A DNA stretch of 64,000 nucleotides, from contig NC_045696.1 in NCBI RefSeq assembly GCF_009834535.1, forward strand, positions 67,892,001 to 67,956,000, written 5' to 3'. The position numbers and the translations under genes are program-made. Origin of the DNA: Camelus ferus. Lineage: Eukaryota. How positions within the stretch are numbered: position 1 is the stretch's first letter; the number at the start of each line of letters is the position of its first letter. Below, piece after piece: positions 51,101 through 64,000 of this stretch. Below the pieces are notes generated by a model. That model searched no databases and was not told the origin of the DNA. It saw nothing but the letters and a program-made list of their open reading frames with translations.

Positions 51101-54100
51101 CAATTCTCAAGAGCAATTTTTCGTGACCTTTCAAATCTTGGTTAAACTCCAGTTTATAGTTTTAAGATGGGTATCAGTGGCAAAGAGGACACAGTTAACC
51201 ACTTTTCAAAATTTATTTTAATGATATTTAACAACTGGCATTTGGAGGAAAGTTAATATAATGACTGCAGTTTCCAAATGAACAAACAGATCTCTGCCTC
51301 ACAGAGCTACCCAAACCTACGATATCACACGTGTACAGTACATACTTTTTGATATGTTTATCTATGAAAATATATGAATACACAGGAAAGGAGTTTTTCC
51401 AGGGACATTTTATGGACTGGAGAGGGACCAAAAGATGAGTTGGAGCCATTCCTGTATCTGTGGCTACCGTCTTGTTTTTAATAGACTTGTCTTCTGTAGG
51501 AATGAGAATAAAATCTAAACGACACAAGGGGCTGCTCTGATCTAATAATACGGACGTTTCACAGTCCATGTGTCCCTTCACCTACCTTGTTTGCACATGA
51601 CCTGTTCTTATTCGATGTGTATGGTGAGTATCAGCCTTGACGACTGTATGTAACGTGAAAATTTCCACTCATATTATAAACTGCTAACTCCTACAAATAA
51701 TGGGGCAGGACCAGCAAACCTAAATTCTTTCAAAGGTCTGTGTAAGTAAAATCATGTTGAAGATTATGGAAATAACATACCAAAGGGATAATATAAATAT
51801 TCAGCAGAACAAATGTTTAAAGTGCTTTAAATGTTGGTATCAAATGTTCCACAGAGTTGCTATTCTACAAGGCCTGCAGTTAGGAACACCATACTGACTA
51901 CTTCACCTCTGTTTGGCTATGACTTCTAGAAGATTATGTAGAGCAGAGCAGAGCTAGCTGGGAAGTACAGGTATCAGCTGGTTATCTGAAGAAGAAAACT
52001 CACAATTTGCAAATTTTACAACTATTATACTTTTTTTTTAAACTAGTCTCTGTTTTCTTGACAAACTCATGAAGAATAAATTCTTCTGCCAAAGGCTTAT
52101 TCCTTTATACTGGTTCCCCAGGAGCGTGGTGTGCAGATGCTATGGGTCCTGGGGTTCAAAAGACTCTAGCTCCTTTTCTGTATTCTTAAAAGCTGTGTGT
52201 TGTTGTAGCCTTAGATTATGTCTTTTTAAGATGTTTTTCAGGGTGGTTAAGAGACAGCAACCGACCTGACTAGTAAAGTTTGGCCCCTTCAGAGCCAGGT
52301 AACTCTAGCAGCACAGTGTAGTAAAAAACACACTCAATCAAAGGCCAGGACACTGGAGAGAAAGCCCCCTGCCACATACTAGCCGGGGACACAAGACAGC
52401 AACAGACAAGAACATCCTAGGACATGGCATATTATGAAACTTAAATATTACTTAAGTCTGAATCTTTGGTGTCGCCAGATGTTTGTGCTTTTGGTATGAA
52501 ACCTTAAAAAACTAGGAATTGAAAGGGAAATTAAATCAAGAAGACATAAAAGGGGGGATATTCACTGTTGTGGCCATTTTTCAGGTTTTGGTGCTCATGA
52601 AACAGCTTTGTATTTCTTCTGTTGGGAGTAGAGTTAGCCTTAAGCATTATTGGCTAAGATGCCTATTTGCACTTCATAAATGTGTTTATGCCAAGCCTTT
52701 CTTACCTTGGAGAGCAAGCTCTTGGAACGGTAGTGGACACGAGGTTCAGCAGACTGCAATGCTAGTCTGTAAATGAAACAGGTAAAAGTTACTCTTCGAT
52801 TCTAAGCTTTGTTTATTCATCGATCATCATAAACTCATTTATCTGCATAGCAGTTTCTTGTTTTGCAAAACACTTCCATATCCATTATCTCATTTCACCC
52901 CATGACAACCTGGTGAAGAAAGAGATTATGCTACTCGCTTCATAGGTAAGGAAATAGAAGCTCACAGAGGGGTAAGGAGGATCAAAAGGGAACTAACTTC
53001 TCTCTCCTGATTAACTTCATGAATGTCCTGCGAAACGGGTATTATTGCCTTCAATTTAGAGATGTGAGAACTGAAGTTCAGACAGGGTAGGTAATGTGCC
53101 CAAGACTGCACAGTGCAGCACACGGCCAGGTGCGAGTTCGGACTCTCTGGGCTCCTCCTGTTCGTCCAGTGGTCTTTCCTTTATACCTCAGTCTCTCCTA
53201 GGATACGAGGTTGAGAAAACACAAGGATGAACAGCTCACGGACTTGATCCACTAGACTGAATGGAGGAGGGAATAATGGAATAAAACCAGCTATTTGATG
53301 GACATGAGGGAGTAGGAAAAACACACGGGATTTAGAGCCAGTCAGACTTGTCTTCCTTAGGCAAGTTACTTAAACTCCGAGTGTCAATTTCCTTATACGT
53401 TAAGAAGCTTATAATATCTACTTCATAGCCAAACCTCAATTAAACTTTTCTGGGAAGATTTTCCTCCATTATTTCGCATCTATAGGTACAGACGGGATGG
53501 TATACAAAATGGTAACAATCTTCCTATGAGCCCACACTTATGTGATCAAAGAATGACACTCTAAGCACACAAAGCTAGAGGATATCTCTGGGTTGGGTAT
53601 CTCCTTGATTCGTGCCACGAGTTTTAAAATATCACACTATTTATCCACGTTAATCTTAAACGGCCTCACCTAACAGCAGCACAAAGAACTTCGGTTCCAA
53701 GTGGCAAAGCCTCAAAATTTAAGAATTATATGACCCCACAACCCCGAAGAGCAAGAGAAGCTGCTTTAGATGAAAGAGCTGCAGGTGTACCGCAGGGCGC
53801 TCTGAAGTTTGTGCCTGGACCGTGCCTTAGGTTCAGAGAGCCAGAGCCTCCAACAGGCCTGCAGCAACAAAGGGCTTTGTTTTAACATACAGATAGGTTT
53901 ACTGAGAAGTAAAAGACCTCTGGGAAGCTTTATTAATATATCCCGTTTTCATATAGAACTGAAATCAGATTATGCGTACGGCGTGGTTGATAGAATACTC
54001 TGCAAGAAGTTCTTTTCATATGCCACAAACATCAAAACATTAATCCTCTTTTGACATTATACTTTACAGTTTGAAAAATATCTCATGACCATTTCATCTC

Positions 54101-57100
54101 AAATCATCCTTGACATAACCCCAATGAAACCTTATTCCCCCAATTTCACCAATCAGGAAACTAAACTTCAAAGATCACATGGTTAATATGGAGCAGATAA
54201 AAGTTTAACCCTGTACCCCGACCCCCAAACAAGTAAGGCCCCTTCTACTGCAGGAGATGCTCTAGTTGGAGGAAAAGGTGAAATGAAGCTATACCCTACA
54301 GAAGTCCATTGTCAAGGCCCCAAAGCACATTTAGTACCGAGTCCTGCTTCACTGGCAAGTGAAAGCAGAGAGACTTCACATCTGTGGTCTAACCAGAAGG
54401 TGACACATTACTAAGCTGAGGGGTGCTCGAGGCAGGGTTACCATGAATACTTTCTCAGCTCTCCCCAGCGAAGTTTCAGAGATGCAACCTCCTTGGGCAA
54501 GCTATCGAAACACAAGCCACAGAAAACAGAAGGCGGTACACTGAATTTTCGTGAAGGGGTCTGCATCAGTTAAGTTTCATCTCACGCCGTAGGAAAGCTG
54601 CAAACTTCCAGCTAAGAAGCTCACCGGCCTCTTCTCACATGGTGGAGTGGCACAGGTCCTTAGTAACTCGACTATTTCCCAATGCAACGGAGGTCTCTAC
54701 TAAACCCAGAAAGACATCTGGGACGACTGGCAAATCCCACTCTAAAGTCTCGGTAATGAAGCCAGTTATCTTTGGCAGCCTCTGTGTATTTTATGACTGC
54801 TGACCCAGAACCTGGCAGGTCTGCATCCTTTATCCAATCACCCATCCTTTCCCAAGAAGAATGTTCTCATCTTCAGAAACAATTTCAACCAAAAATAAGG
54901 AAAACTGCATGTTCAATGTCTAATTCACAAAATTTCAACCTATTAATTAGAATCTTTGCAAAAGCAAGACTCACTAGACCTAGCTGGGACTAGTATAAAA
55001 TAATTGATAATTTCTACTATACTGGGGGTGGGGTGGAAAAAACAAATGAAGCCAAGAAGAAAAAGAGAGAGAAAGAATGGAAAGAAAGATGACGGGGAAT
55101 AAGGAAAAAAGAAGAAAGGAATGGACGGACACGGGAAATGAAGAGAGCAGAGAGACCTGTTTCAATAGGTTTTTCACAAACCATGGTAACCTTTGATTTG
55201 ACCACTGCATCCCACGACAATTTTTAAGCAACGTAACTCTAGGATGATGATCCTAACATTAAGAACAAAAATCCCAGCCAACTGGCATGAGACTCACTAA
55301 GACCAACGTACAGATGTCCCTTAATGCTTGCCACTTTACAAGTGCTGCTGTACAAAGGAGCAGCTGACAGAGCCTTGTAGAAACTTCCAAACTCTTCAGT
55401 CCTGTGGCCCCAGATGTTCTTTCTGAATAAGGGGGTGTTATCCTGAAAAGAACACTGGAATGGGGATTGAGAACCTAGGCTCTGGCTTTAGCACTACAAT
55501 TCCCAAATCTTTTACATCAGAAGTTGTACGAAATATACATTTTTCTGTTTCTCTTTTCGTGGGTCAACATGGTTATTCCTAAACCACCGTGAAAAGGCCA
55601 AGAATTATTTTGTCTAGCTTCTGTGCAATTTTGTTAAGTTTTATGGATCGATAAAGGTGATGGTGAGAGGATCACTTATAAATTGAATAATGTCTTAATC
55701 TTAAACGTGATTATTAGGTAGTCTGACCCCAAAAGCAATTGAAATGTGAGATTAGGCCAAAGGCATTAAGTGACAAACATGGAACGGCCCTCACTCCCAT
55801 CATCAAATACAGTGTGAAGAACATTTTTAAATGCATGCTCACCTGATACCCAAGACACTTATCAAGAATACAACGTACCCCATGGCTTATGAACGATTTG
55901 GTTGTCTCGTTAAAGTAATGTTTGCCAGTATTTAATTGCTTCCCTCCCTGATTTTAATTTCCTCACCTGTCAGCATCTATCAAAGGCACTGAGATCTTCT
56001 GACATCCTGGCTGATTGTGTTGAAATTAATCAGATTTTTAAAAAGTAAATTGCTTTGGCCTAAAGGTAATGCTCAACTTCTTCATGTGATATTTATAAGG
56101 GTCTATCAATGGAACTTATAATCTAGAAATTAAATCAGAGGCTTTAGGAATCCTAAGCAGAAATCTTAAGTAGCTCACAAATTTCCAGCACTGGACTTTA
56201 GAAGATCAGTACTTAAAAAAAAAAAAAAATCAATCAATAAATGTTTATTGAATATATAGCACTTGCCGGCAGTCCCTAGTGGGTAAACAGAAGAAAGTAA
56301 GGCATGAAGCCACCTCAGAAAGTTTGGAGAAACAAGAAAAATAAATTAAGCTGAACTTAGCTTGACAAAATAGCTGACAATCTGGTCACTCGAAAGGGAC
56401 ACTTTGTATTTACGATTGTGATCCATTGCATATATTATGCTTCCACATGGACGAGTGATTTTACTCTCCACCTCACTCCAATGAGGCGAAAGTGGTTTTA
56501 TTGTTAGTAATAGTAGTAATATTCCCATTTGACAAGGGACAAAGCTGAGGCACAGACTGGAACAGGGACTTTTCTCTGATACCTGGTTATGGGCAGAGCT
56601 GGTCTTGTGATCTAAATAAAATCAAACAACACAGCAGTTATCACTTAGGACTAAAGAGAGAAAAAATTCTTTGCAAATCCTCAATACATAATTATTCAGT
56701 GCTAATTCTTGTGCTAATATCTATCGGTAACAGTGCTTAAGACACTCGCTTAGGAAACCCACAGGCAGTAAGCTGTTCTACAAGAGGTGAATGAATGATG
56801 GATAGAGGAAGACTTTGTAATGTGTCCTACCATCATGGGATTATTTTTATGTATATGTGTTATTGGTCCTACTTTGGAAAATAGAAATACGCACTCATAC
56901 AGCACTTAGGTCCCAAAAGTTGGTTCTAAGGCCCCTAAACAGAAAACAGGGAAATGTTGCACGGATGCAGTTCTGGGGAGTGGGGGCAGGGGAGTCAAGG
57001 GTAATGCATGGAACTTAGAGGCTGGCTTTATAACCAGACATAACTAAACCCGAGTATGGGTCTTATCTTTCCAGTGGACTCTGAGCTCCTTCTCAGCCAT

Positions 57101-58277
57101 TAAACATCTCCTATGCTGTGAAGCTTTTGGTGACCCAAAAAGGTTGGGTGAAGAGGCCTTTCTGAAGATGGTCACAATGCCTAGTTTCACATCTAGATCA
57201 CTAAAACTACCACAACTGTTTTGTAACTTTTGCTTGATTGCATGTCTTGAAGAGAGAAACCTTGTCTAACTCAGGTTTTTTACTTCAAACCCCAAATCCA
57301 GAATCTGGTCCTTAGAAGGTTCTCAAGAAAATGTATATGGAATGGCTGCATGAACAAATGCTACCAGTGTTCCTGTCACTCCTGTAGCACTTAGCTCAAT
57401 ACATGTCAGGTAAGACGCGTTTAGTAAGTAGGTTAACCGAAATGAACTCATCAGTTCATTTAAAAAAACACATTGTTCAATTAAATGATTCTAAAATCTA
57501 TTAAGTGAGTGGTTCAGTAACCTGCAATGGCCCAGCCAAAATTAACCCACTAGAGGGGTGAAGAAGTGTCTTCCACAAAAAGGATTAAAAAGGCTGAACG
57601 TATGAATAGAAATGTAGGCAGGAGCTGAGAAAATTCACATAGAGAAAAGCCATACGCTAAGTGATACAAAATTAAAAAAACAAAGGGGGAAACAAATCTA
57701 GGGGTAATGTGAATTTTTTAAGATTATAGGTATAAATAAAATCCAAATAGGAGAAAATGGAGAAAGAAAGAGAAAGGAGGAAGGAGAAATTCTTGAAATA
57801 ATAAATTCTAAAAACCAAGTCATGTGTGGGGGGGAAAAAAAAGGATCAAAGACGAAAAAGTTGACCAAATTAAAAGTAATATTTTTTAAGCATGTTATGT
57901 TTCTGTAACTGAGCTAAGCACTTCACATACTTTAATCCTTAAAAAATATTCTCGGAAATCACTACATATCCATTTTGCATCTGAGTAAATGAATGCTTAG
58001 AAAGAGTAAGTAACCTGATCAAGTTCACACACCAAGTTATACTAGAATTCATATCCCAACTTGGAGGCCCCCAAACTCAGACTGTTTTCATTACAGTAAC
58101 AGAGAAAAGAAGTGGGGCTGAAAGAGGCATTTTGAGTGGGAGGGCAGGATGGAAATCTAGAAAGTCCTGTGAAAATAGGGGAGGCATAAAAAATATGAGC
58201 ATCCAAACCTTCTTAGGTCCTAGGATGTAGGTAGCGAGAAAGAAGACTGAAGGAGGAAAGAAGGTGGATGGGGAAAT

Positions 58278-58500
58278 TAAAGCTATCTTCAGCTATCTGA
58301 GGGTGTGACCTATGTCAGTCATATTATGCTTTTGAAAAATCTGCAACTTAGAACTACTAGGGTCGAAATGTTGGAAAATCCAGTTTCAGAGCAATGCAAA
58401 GGAGGACATTCAACATGAAGCTGTCCAGCAGGAGAACAAATTGCCTCACAAAGAATTGGACGTGTTCAAGCAGAGGCTGAGTGGCCATCTGCCAGGAAAG
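58278..58500 (+). mobile_element. L3/CR1 LINE 3' fragment
   Basis: agctatcttcagctatctgaggg...agaactactagg...agctgtccagca...ttgcctc...gtgttcaagcagaggctgagtggccatctg matches the recalled CR1/L3 3' end. Confidence 0.7.
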
Positions 58501-60103
58501 GCATGCGTGACATCCCGGCAGTGGGAGGGAGTCGGCATTAGAAGATGGGCCAGTGCAGCTCTGTGCTTCAGAGATTTAGCTGTCCAGGATTGAGAGATAA
58601 GCAACAGCTCAGATCACTAGATAAAAATCTGAAGAATGTCCTTTGAAGAAGAGACCTCTGGATAAAAATAACATCCATTCAACACATCCATGGAGCTCCT
58701 CTGAGGCACCAAGCACAGGACAGTCCCCATGCTCCAGACGTTCCAACAAGGAGGCAGAAAACACACTGTGAAGAGTTAGAACTGTTGCTAGGCAATTTTC
58801 AAGCCTAATAAATGCCTAGGAAAAACCATAAGTAGAAGTCTAAAAAAGAAAGAAAAAGACTAAATGGTTTGCAGATCAGGAAACATCAGCTCTGTGGAAA
58901 GAAGAAGTTACTGAAGGCCTAGCTTTAGGGAAGAGCTGATTCACAGGCGTGATCAAAGGCCAAATCTGATCACACTTTTAGGTAACAAAAACAGTCATGG
59001 GAGAAGAATCAGAGGTTAGAAAACAAAGTTTAACTGACAAAGCTCACAAGTGAGGGAAAGCGATCAGAAGTTGGATGAGAAATAGGAAAAAATGACATTT
59101 TGCAAAAGAACATCCAACTTACTCGAAAATGAGAGAACAATACATTTGAGAGTCTGCAAATCTACTTTCACGGTTTGCCAGATTTACTCATTTTCATACA
59201 ATGCAACCTCTTTCAACCCTCAGCCTCCTGAAAAGCTACTCTACAACAGGAAGGAGGTATTCAAGAGAAAAATGCAATAACTGGGTCTGGTTCTACTGCC
59301 TCTCTCAGCATCCTTCATTACAATTTCACAATTTGACCAATTTTCATTGGAGAAAACAGATCACATAAAATATTAACATAAGCAAAAACAAAATAGAAAG
59401 TAATTTTTATTGGAAACCTCCCCTTTGCAGAGATGGAGAAAAAGAGAGAGAGGAAGAGAGAGAGTGACAGAGAGACGCTTTCATAGAGAATTGAAGGTTG
59501 AGGGTAATTGGCCAATGAGAAGACTTGTAGTGATACGAAAGATAATGCTTGTGTGAACAATTTACTTTCCTGTGATTTTTTTAACTAATCTAGGTGAAGA
59601 AAGAAGTGGCTGCTTGAGCCCAAACTCAATGATTCTTTTTTCCCCACAAAGCTGGAATTCTAAACCAGAAAATGAATAAGCAGTCAACTGCTCCTTAACA
59701 TCTCTCCATCTTAGCAAAGACAAAGCATGTTCTGTTTCAAGAGGCATCAATGGCTACTACTGAAATATTGAAAAGCAGAAGAGAGAGCAATGGTGCAGTG
59801 ATGAGTGCATAGAAGGGAAAATACACAAAGGGTTTAATATGCAAAAAATATAGAAATCTTCTTAAATATATTCAATAATTCTATATTGGCATCACCATAT
59901 TAACCAAAAAAATCAGAAACATCTACCTTGAGATTTCTGAAACTGAAACAGGAAATCAAAAGAAAAATAAAACGAGGAATGCACTAACAACTGAGTTCTT
60001 GCCCCTGTTCCACCACTACCTAGGGGAGTGGCGGTGGGGGAGTTGTCTTGTGTAGGTCTCTTCCAGCTCTCCTCTCCTATCAAATGCATGGACTGGATTA
60101 GAT

Positions 60104-61458
60104 CAGTGGCTCTCAATGTGTGATCCACAAACTCGGAGTGGGTCCTCTAGACCTTCACAGGGGACTGCAAGTTCATCATACTAAGATGTTACGAACCTTT
60201 TTCACCGTATGGACATTTATTTACATCAATGGTGCAAAAGTAGTAAGTGAGTAAAAATGTCTGGAGTGTTAACATGAATCAAGGAAGTGGCATCAAAATG
60301 TACGGAAAGTCATTGTACTTTTCATCACCAAGCACCCACAGTAAAGGAGGGGAGGGCCGAGGGGGGTTGTCCCATTTAAGATTGTCCTTAATGCATTAAA
60401 AAAAATTCTTAACTTTATTCAATCTCAATTCTGATGTTTTTATATCTTTGTTGTAAGATTGGTACCTTTTTTAAAATATCCTGTGTGAGATAACAGGAAG
60501 TATTCATGAAGAACTCCTGCTGAACCCCAAACTATAATGGTTGTCTCCAAGAAATGCACTTGTATGATTGTCTGAATTGAGAGCTGAACTAACAGATCTT
60601 TGCATGAAACACCATTTTTTTTTTCTTTTGAAGGAATGACTGACAAACTGCACTCATTCAGACTTGGTCATGCCAGACATTTTCTCAAAACTAGGCTAAA
60701 AGAAACTACCATTCCAAGGAAAACAATTAAGAGTATTTATTGTCAATGATAAAACTCAAGTGTTCAAGTGAAAATTAGAATTTTGAAAACCTTTCTCTAC
60801 CATTGTACACTTGTAATTTTCTAATACTTAAAACATTCTTTTAATAAAATCAATGATCATAATAATGAATGTGATCTTTTTTAAAATGCTAAAGAATGAA
60901 ATATGTGAACATTTGGAAGATATGCATAACTCCATGAACCAATATCTTCCAAATGACCAACAAATGATGTTACATAATCATAGGTGAAGACCAATTCAAA
61001 GTAAAAATTAGACCAGTGGATTTTAATATAACAAATGATAAAAAAAAATAAAAGTTTTATTGATCTGATTTCAGATTTGCCATTATAACTAAACTTTAAG
61101 AAACTACCACTTGTCAAGTTTTGGTGTAGTATCAAAGAAGAAAATCCACAATTACCTCTTTTTTTTTACTTCTTTTTCCCAAGCCTTTCTGTAAATCCTT
61201 TCTGGATTTTCTCCGTAAACTTTAATCAAAATAAGTATCTCAACAAATTTAATGCAGAGGTAAGAAGCCAGTTGCTATTTTCCTCACTAATTTTATATTT
61301 GTTTGTTTTGGAAAATGTACTTATTTTCATACACATATCTTTCATTAAAATACCAGTTTTATTTTTGTTTAATTTCCAAGATAATGAATAGCACTATCAC
61401 TCACATAAACAAAAACTCAGTTTTAAGAGTGTAAATAGGTCCCGAGACTAACCCACTG
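60104..61458 (+). mobile_element. Near full-length Charlie1a-type hAT DNA transposon with an 8-bp TSD
   Basis: Starts cagtggctctcaatgtgtgatcc and ends cccactg. TSD GATTAGAT (60096-60103) / GACTAGAT (61459-61466). Internal atggtgcaaaag and agtcattgtacttttcatcac (SHCTFHH, the CxxH motif). Confidence 0.88.
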
Positions 61459-62938
61459 GACTAGATGGGATTATGTCTATTCCCATCCAGATTTGTGCTA
61501 TTTTTCTTTGGTTCTAAACCTCTAAACCTCTAAAGAAGATACAGAGTAAATGAGCTACTTTTTCTACTTTCCTTCAGATCCTGCTATTGGTTTACACCTT
61601 TACGTAGCTGCCATATTAGTGAGTATTTAGAAACACTGAAGCATCTGTATGACTTCACCATGGAGTAGGCCATTCATTAGTCAACAAATATTCACTGTGT
61701 GCCTTCCATGGAGCTGACACTGGTTAATATGGCACATGGATCAGAATCCAGACTCCTTTACTACTCAAGGTATGCTTTGATCAAGATTTAAAAAAAAAAC
61801 AAAACAAACAAACAAACAAAAAAACCTCTCTAAACCTATTTCTTCAATGTAAAATGACAATGACAATAGGACCTACTCATAGTAGCTCCACTGAAATGAT
61901 CCATCTAAGGGCTTAGTATACACTGCATCTGGCACATAGTAAAAACTCAGTAAATGTTACCAATTATTATTATAATGAGGATGTCTCTTACCAAAACAGA
62001 CTATTTGCCAAGTATGCGTAAAGAAATAACAACAGTTTTAACTTACATATTACAGGGGCTTAAAATCAACCTGTTACTGAAGCATCCAGCTCCATGGAAA
62101 CAGAAAAGCGTAAGTATCCAGGAGCACTTGTTTCTCATCTCAAGAACAAAGAATCTGTCTTTGACCAGAAACCAGGAATGAAATCAGGGATGAAATAATG
62201 ACCCAGCCACTGCATAGGTTCCCAAATGTTCTGTGGTCAAATGAGCCAGCAGTTCACACTCAGCATCATTCTCAGCACTGTGGTGACAGGACAAAGGACA
62301 AGAGGCAAACGAGGATTCCAACCAAGTTCCTAACTAGACAAAAGAGACCTTTATTCTTCCTTTGTTTGAGCAAAAAGTCATGTTCATTTGGTCTCTTTAC
62401 TCCACTTCATTTGAAACCCAAAAGGAATGAGGTTGGGGAAAAATCAGGATGCTTATCAATCTGAGGTTAGACGAAAAGAAAAAAGATGCCCTGATACCAC
62501 TAAAAATAGATTACAAGTAGGAGAGAGGAGGTCCTTGATAAGTTTCTCTAAATAAAAAACATAATCTGGAGGAATACACACGTGTACACTTCCCTATAAT
62601 TTTTAAATATATAAAGGAATTAATCATTAAATTAGTTATATTGATGAGGCCCAAATTTCATTTTTAAAGAAAAAAAAGATGCCTTTATTTCACTTTATTT
62701 CATCAACTCTAAGTATAACCACCTCTGATGTCAGTATTTTACTAGCCCGGTAAGTCTTTAACTGGTGATTTAATAGAATGATGTAAGTTATGCTTCCAGA
62801 ATAATGTATAGAAACGATCATGCCCCCTTAACAGCACTTGGATCTTCAATCAGGAAATTCAATTTTAGCTGCAAAACTATGTTTTGGCAAAAGTGCAATT
62901 GAACTCAGTGTACTTGTCACATTTCTAAATATACTCCA

Positions 62939-63057
62939 GTCACCATGACAACAAGGGAGACTGATGGATCGCTTAAAAGAGTACGGTATATTTAATTGTC
63001 AGCATTTTAAACTGACTCAGAAAAATGCTGTGTGATAGGTCTACTCACCATGGTTAC
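62939..63057. promoter_or_regulatory. Candidate enhancer: RFX X-box, Maf half-site, AP-1, RFX X-box
   Basis: GTCACCATGACAAC (62939-62952), TGTCAGCATTTT (62997-63008), TGACTCA (63013-63019), CTCACCATGGTTAC (63044-63057). Motif matches only. Confidence 0.4.
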
Positions 63058-64000
63058 TGCCGACTGAGTCCATAATAATAAAAGGTTCGCATACGCACAT
63101 CGACAACTTGCACACAAAGAACATACAAGTCAGAAGGCCCTATATTTCCACCCAGGCCAAGCGCCAAACTTAAAGCTTTAGAAAGGACTTGTTTTCATTA
63201 AGGTGCCACGCAAGAACCTCCCTCCCAGATTTTCAGGATCTGCAGATGCACTCAAGGCCACTAGAACAAATCCTAAATCAGATTCCAATGCCTGCTCCGT
63301 CTCATAGACCAAAGATAGAGATCAACTTAAGGTTATTTTCTCCTAGAACATGTCTGGAATAGAGGATGAGAGAGGGTCTGTTCTTTTCTTGCATGTAGAT
63401 TTGTTTCCAAATGATAATCTTCTGGGACCCATTCATTCCCTAAATAACCATTTCCTAAGAGTCTCTCCTAAGTCAGGCAGTCTTCCACAGGCTGGGAATA
63501 CAGTGGCAACAGACAAGGCTCCCACATTTAGGGAGCTGACATCCTAAGACAAAAGGAAGACAGACACCAACATATAATCCTTTAAGAGAATGAAATAATC
63601 CAACTGATCCATTAGAGCGGACTATTAGCAGTGCCTGGCAGACAGTAAGCACTCAGCAAACCTTCACCATTGTGATTATAACTAAGGTGTCTCTCACCAG
63701 AAGAGTTTGCAGTGTACATAAAGAAAACAAGGCATCCTAACCCTGCTGTCGGAGAACCATAATGTAGAAAATAAAACAAGATAATGGAAGAAGCAATGGT
63801 GGGGGCGGGTACTACCTTAGCTATAGGTGAAGGAAGACCTCTCCAAAGGGATGACATTTGTACTAAGCCTTGAATGATGACACCACATCAGCATCAGAGG
63901 AAGGTCAGGTGGGAAGAAACTTGGCTTATACACTAGGAAGGTCAGTGTGTCTATAGTTTACTGAGTAAAGTGGTTACATGGTGGAGATAAAGGAAAAGAC

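Larger units (their letters stand above)
3354..64000 (-). other. LPP: Long LPP 5'UTR intron upstream of the first coding exon; upstream non-coding exons not recognised in the window
   Basis: Ends in the acceptor at 3354. Repeat-rich, with no credible CDS or CpG-island promoter. LPP is known to have non-coding 5' exons separated by very long introns. Confidence 0.75.

Noticed and set aside
50849..51221. Repetitive ORFs (FLPS)n and (RKEG)n
   Set aside because: These are translations of the GGAA microsatellite.
40983..52710. Other minus-strand donor consensus matches (about 40989, 44544, 52706)
   Set aside because: Such motifs are expected by chance in a 60-kb intron, and no well-supported exon could be built.
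57440..57461. 9-bp inverted repeat AAATGAACT-catc-AGTTCATTT
   Set aside because: Too short for a miRNA or ncRNA hairpin and has no supporting context.
1..64000. CRISPR arrays, operons, rRNA or tRNA genes, miR-28, or a novel multi-gene system
   Set aside because: No repeat-spacer arrays, gene-dense regions or structured RNA genes were seen. miR-28 lies in a more downstream LPP intron and its sequence was not recognised here.

Overview
This is eutherian mammalian genomic DNA, not prokaryotic. The window lies inside the LPP gene (LIM domain-containing preferred translocation partner in lipoma), transcribed on the minus strand. The only protein-coding sequence I can support is the first coding exon of LPP (CDS 3153-3345, MSHPSWLPPKST...KKFAPVVAPKPKYNPYKQPGGEG) with canonical splice sites. 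The rest reads as intron: about 3 kb downstream and over 60 kb upstream. It is filled with ancient repeats (MIR, L2, L3/CR1, L1M, MER5A, MER58A, MER94, MLT1A, an ERVL LTR33/41-type LTR, a near full-length Charlie1a, a decayed hAT transposase) and microsatellites. A young 5'-truncated L1 tail, a MER41-like LTR and the apparent absence of Alu, B1, Bov, PRE1 or Can SINEs suggest an artiodactyl, probably a camelid (inference). I found no convincing novel biological system. The best leads are a MER41-like solo LTR retaining a STAT GAS motif, a candidate recursive splice site, a fossil Charlie/Buster-type transposase, and several TF motif clusters. Repeat family names come from recalled consensus sequences, not database searches. 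Repeat boundaries are approximate unless a TSD is given.
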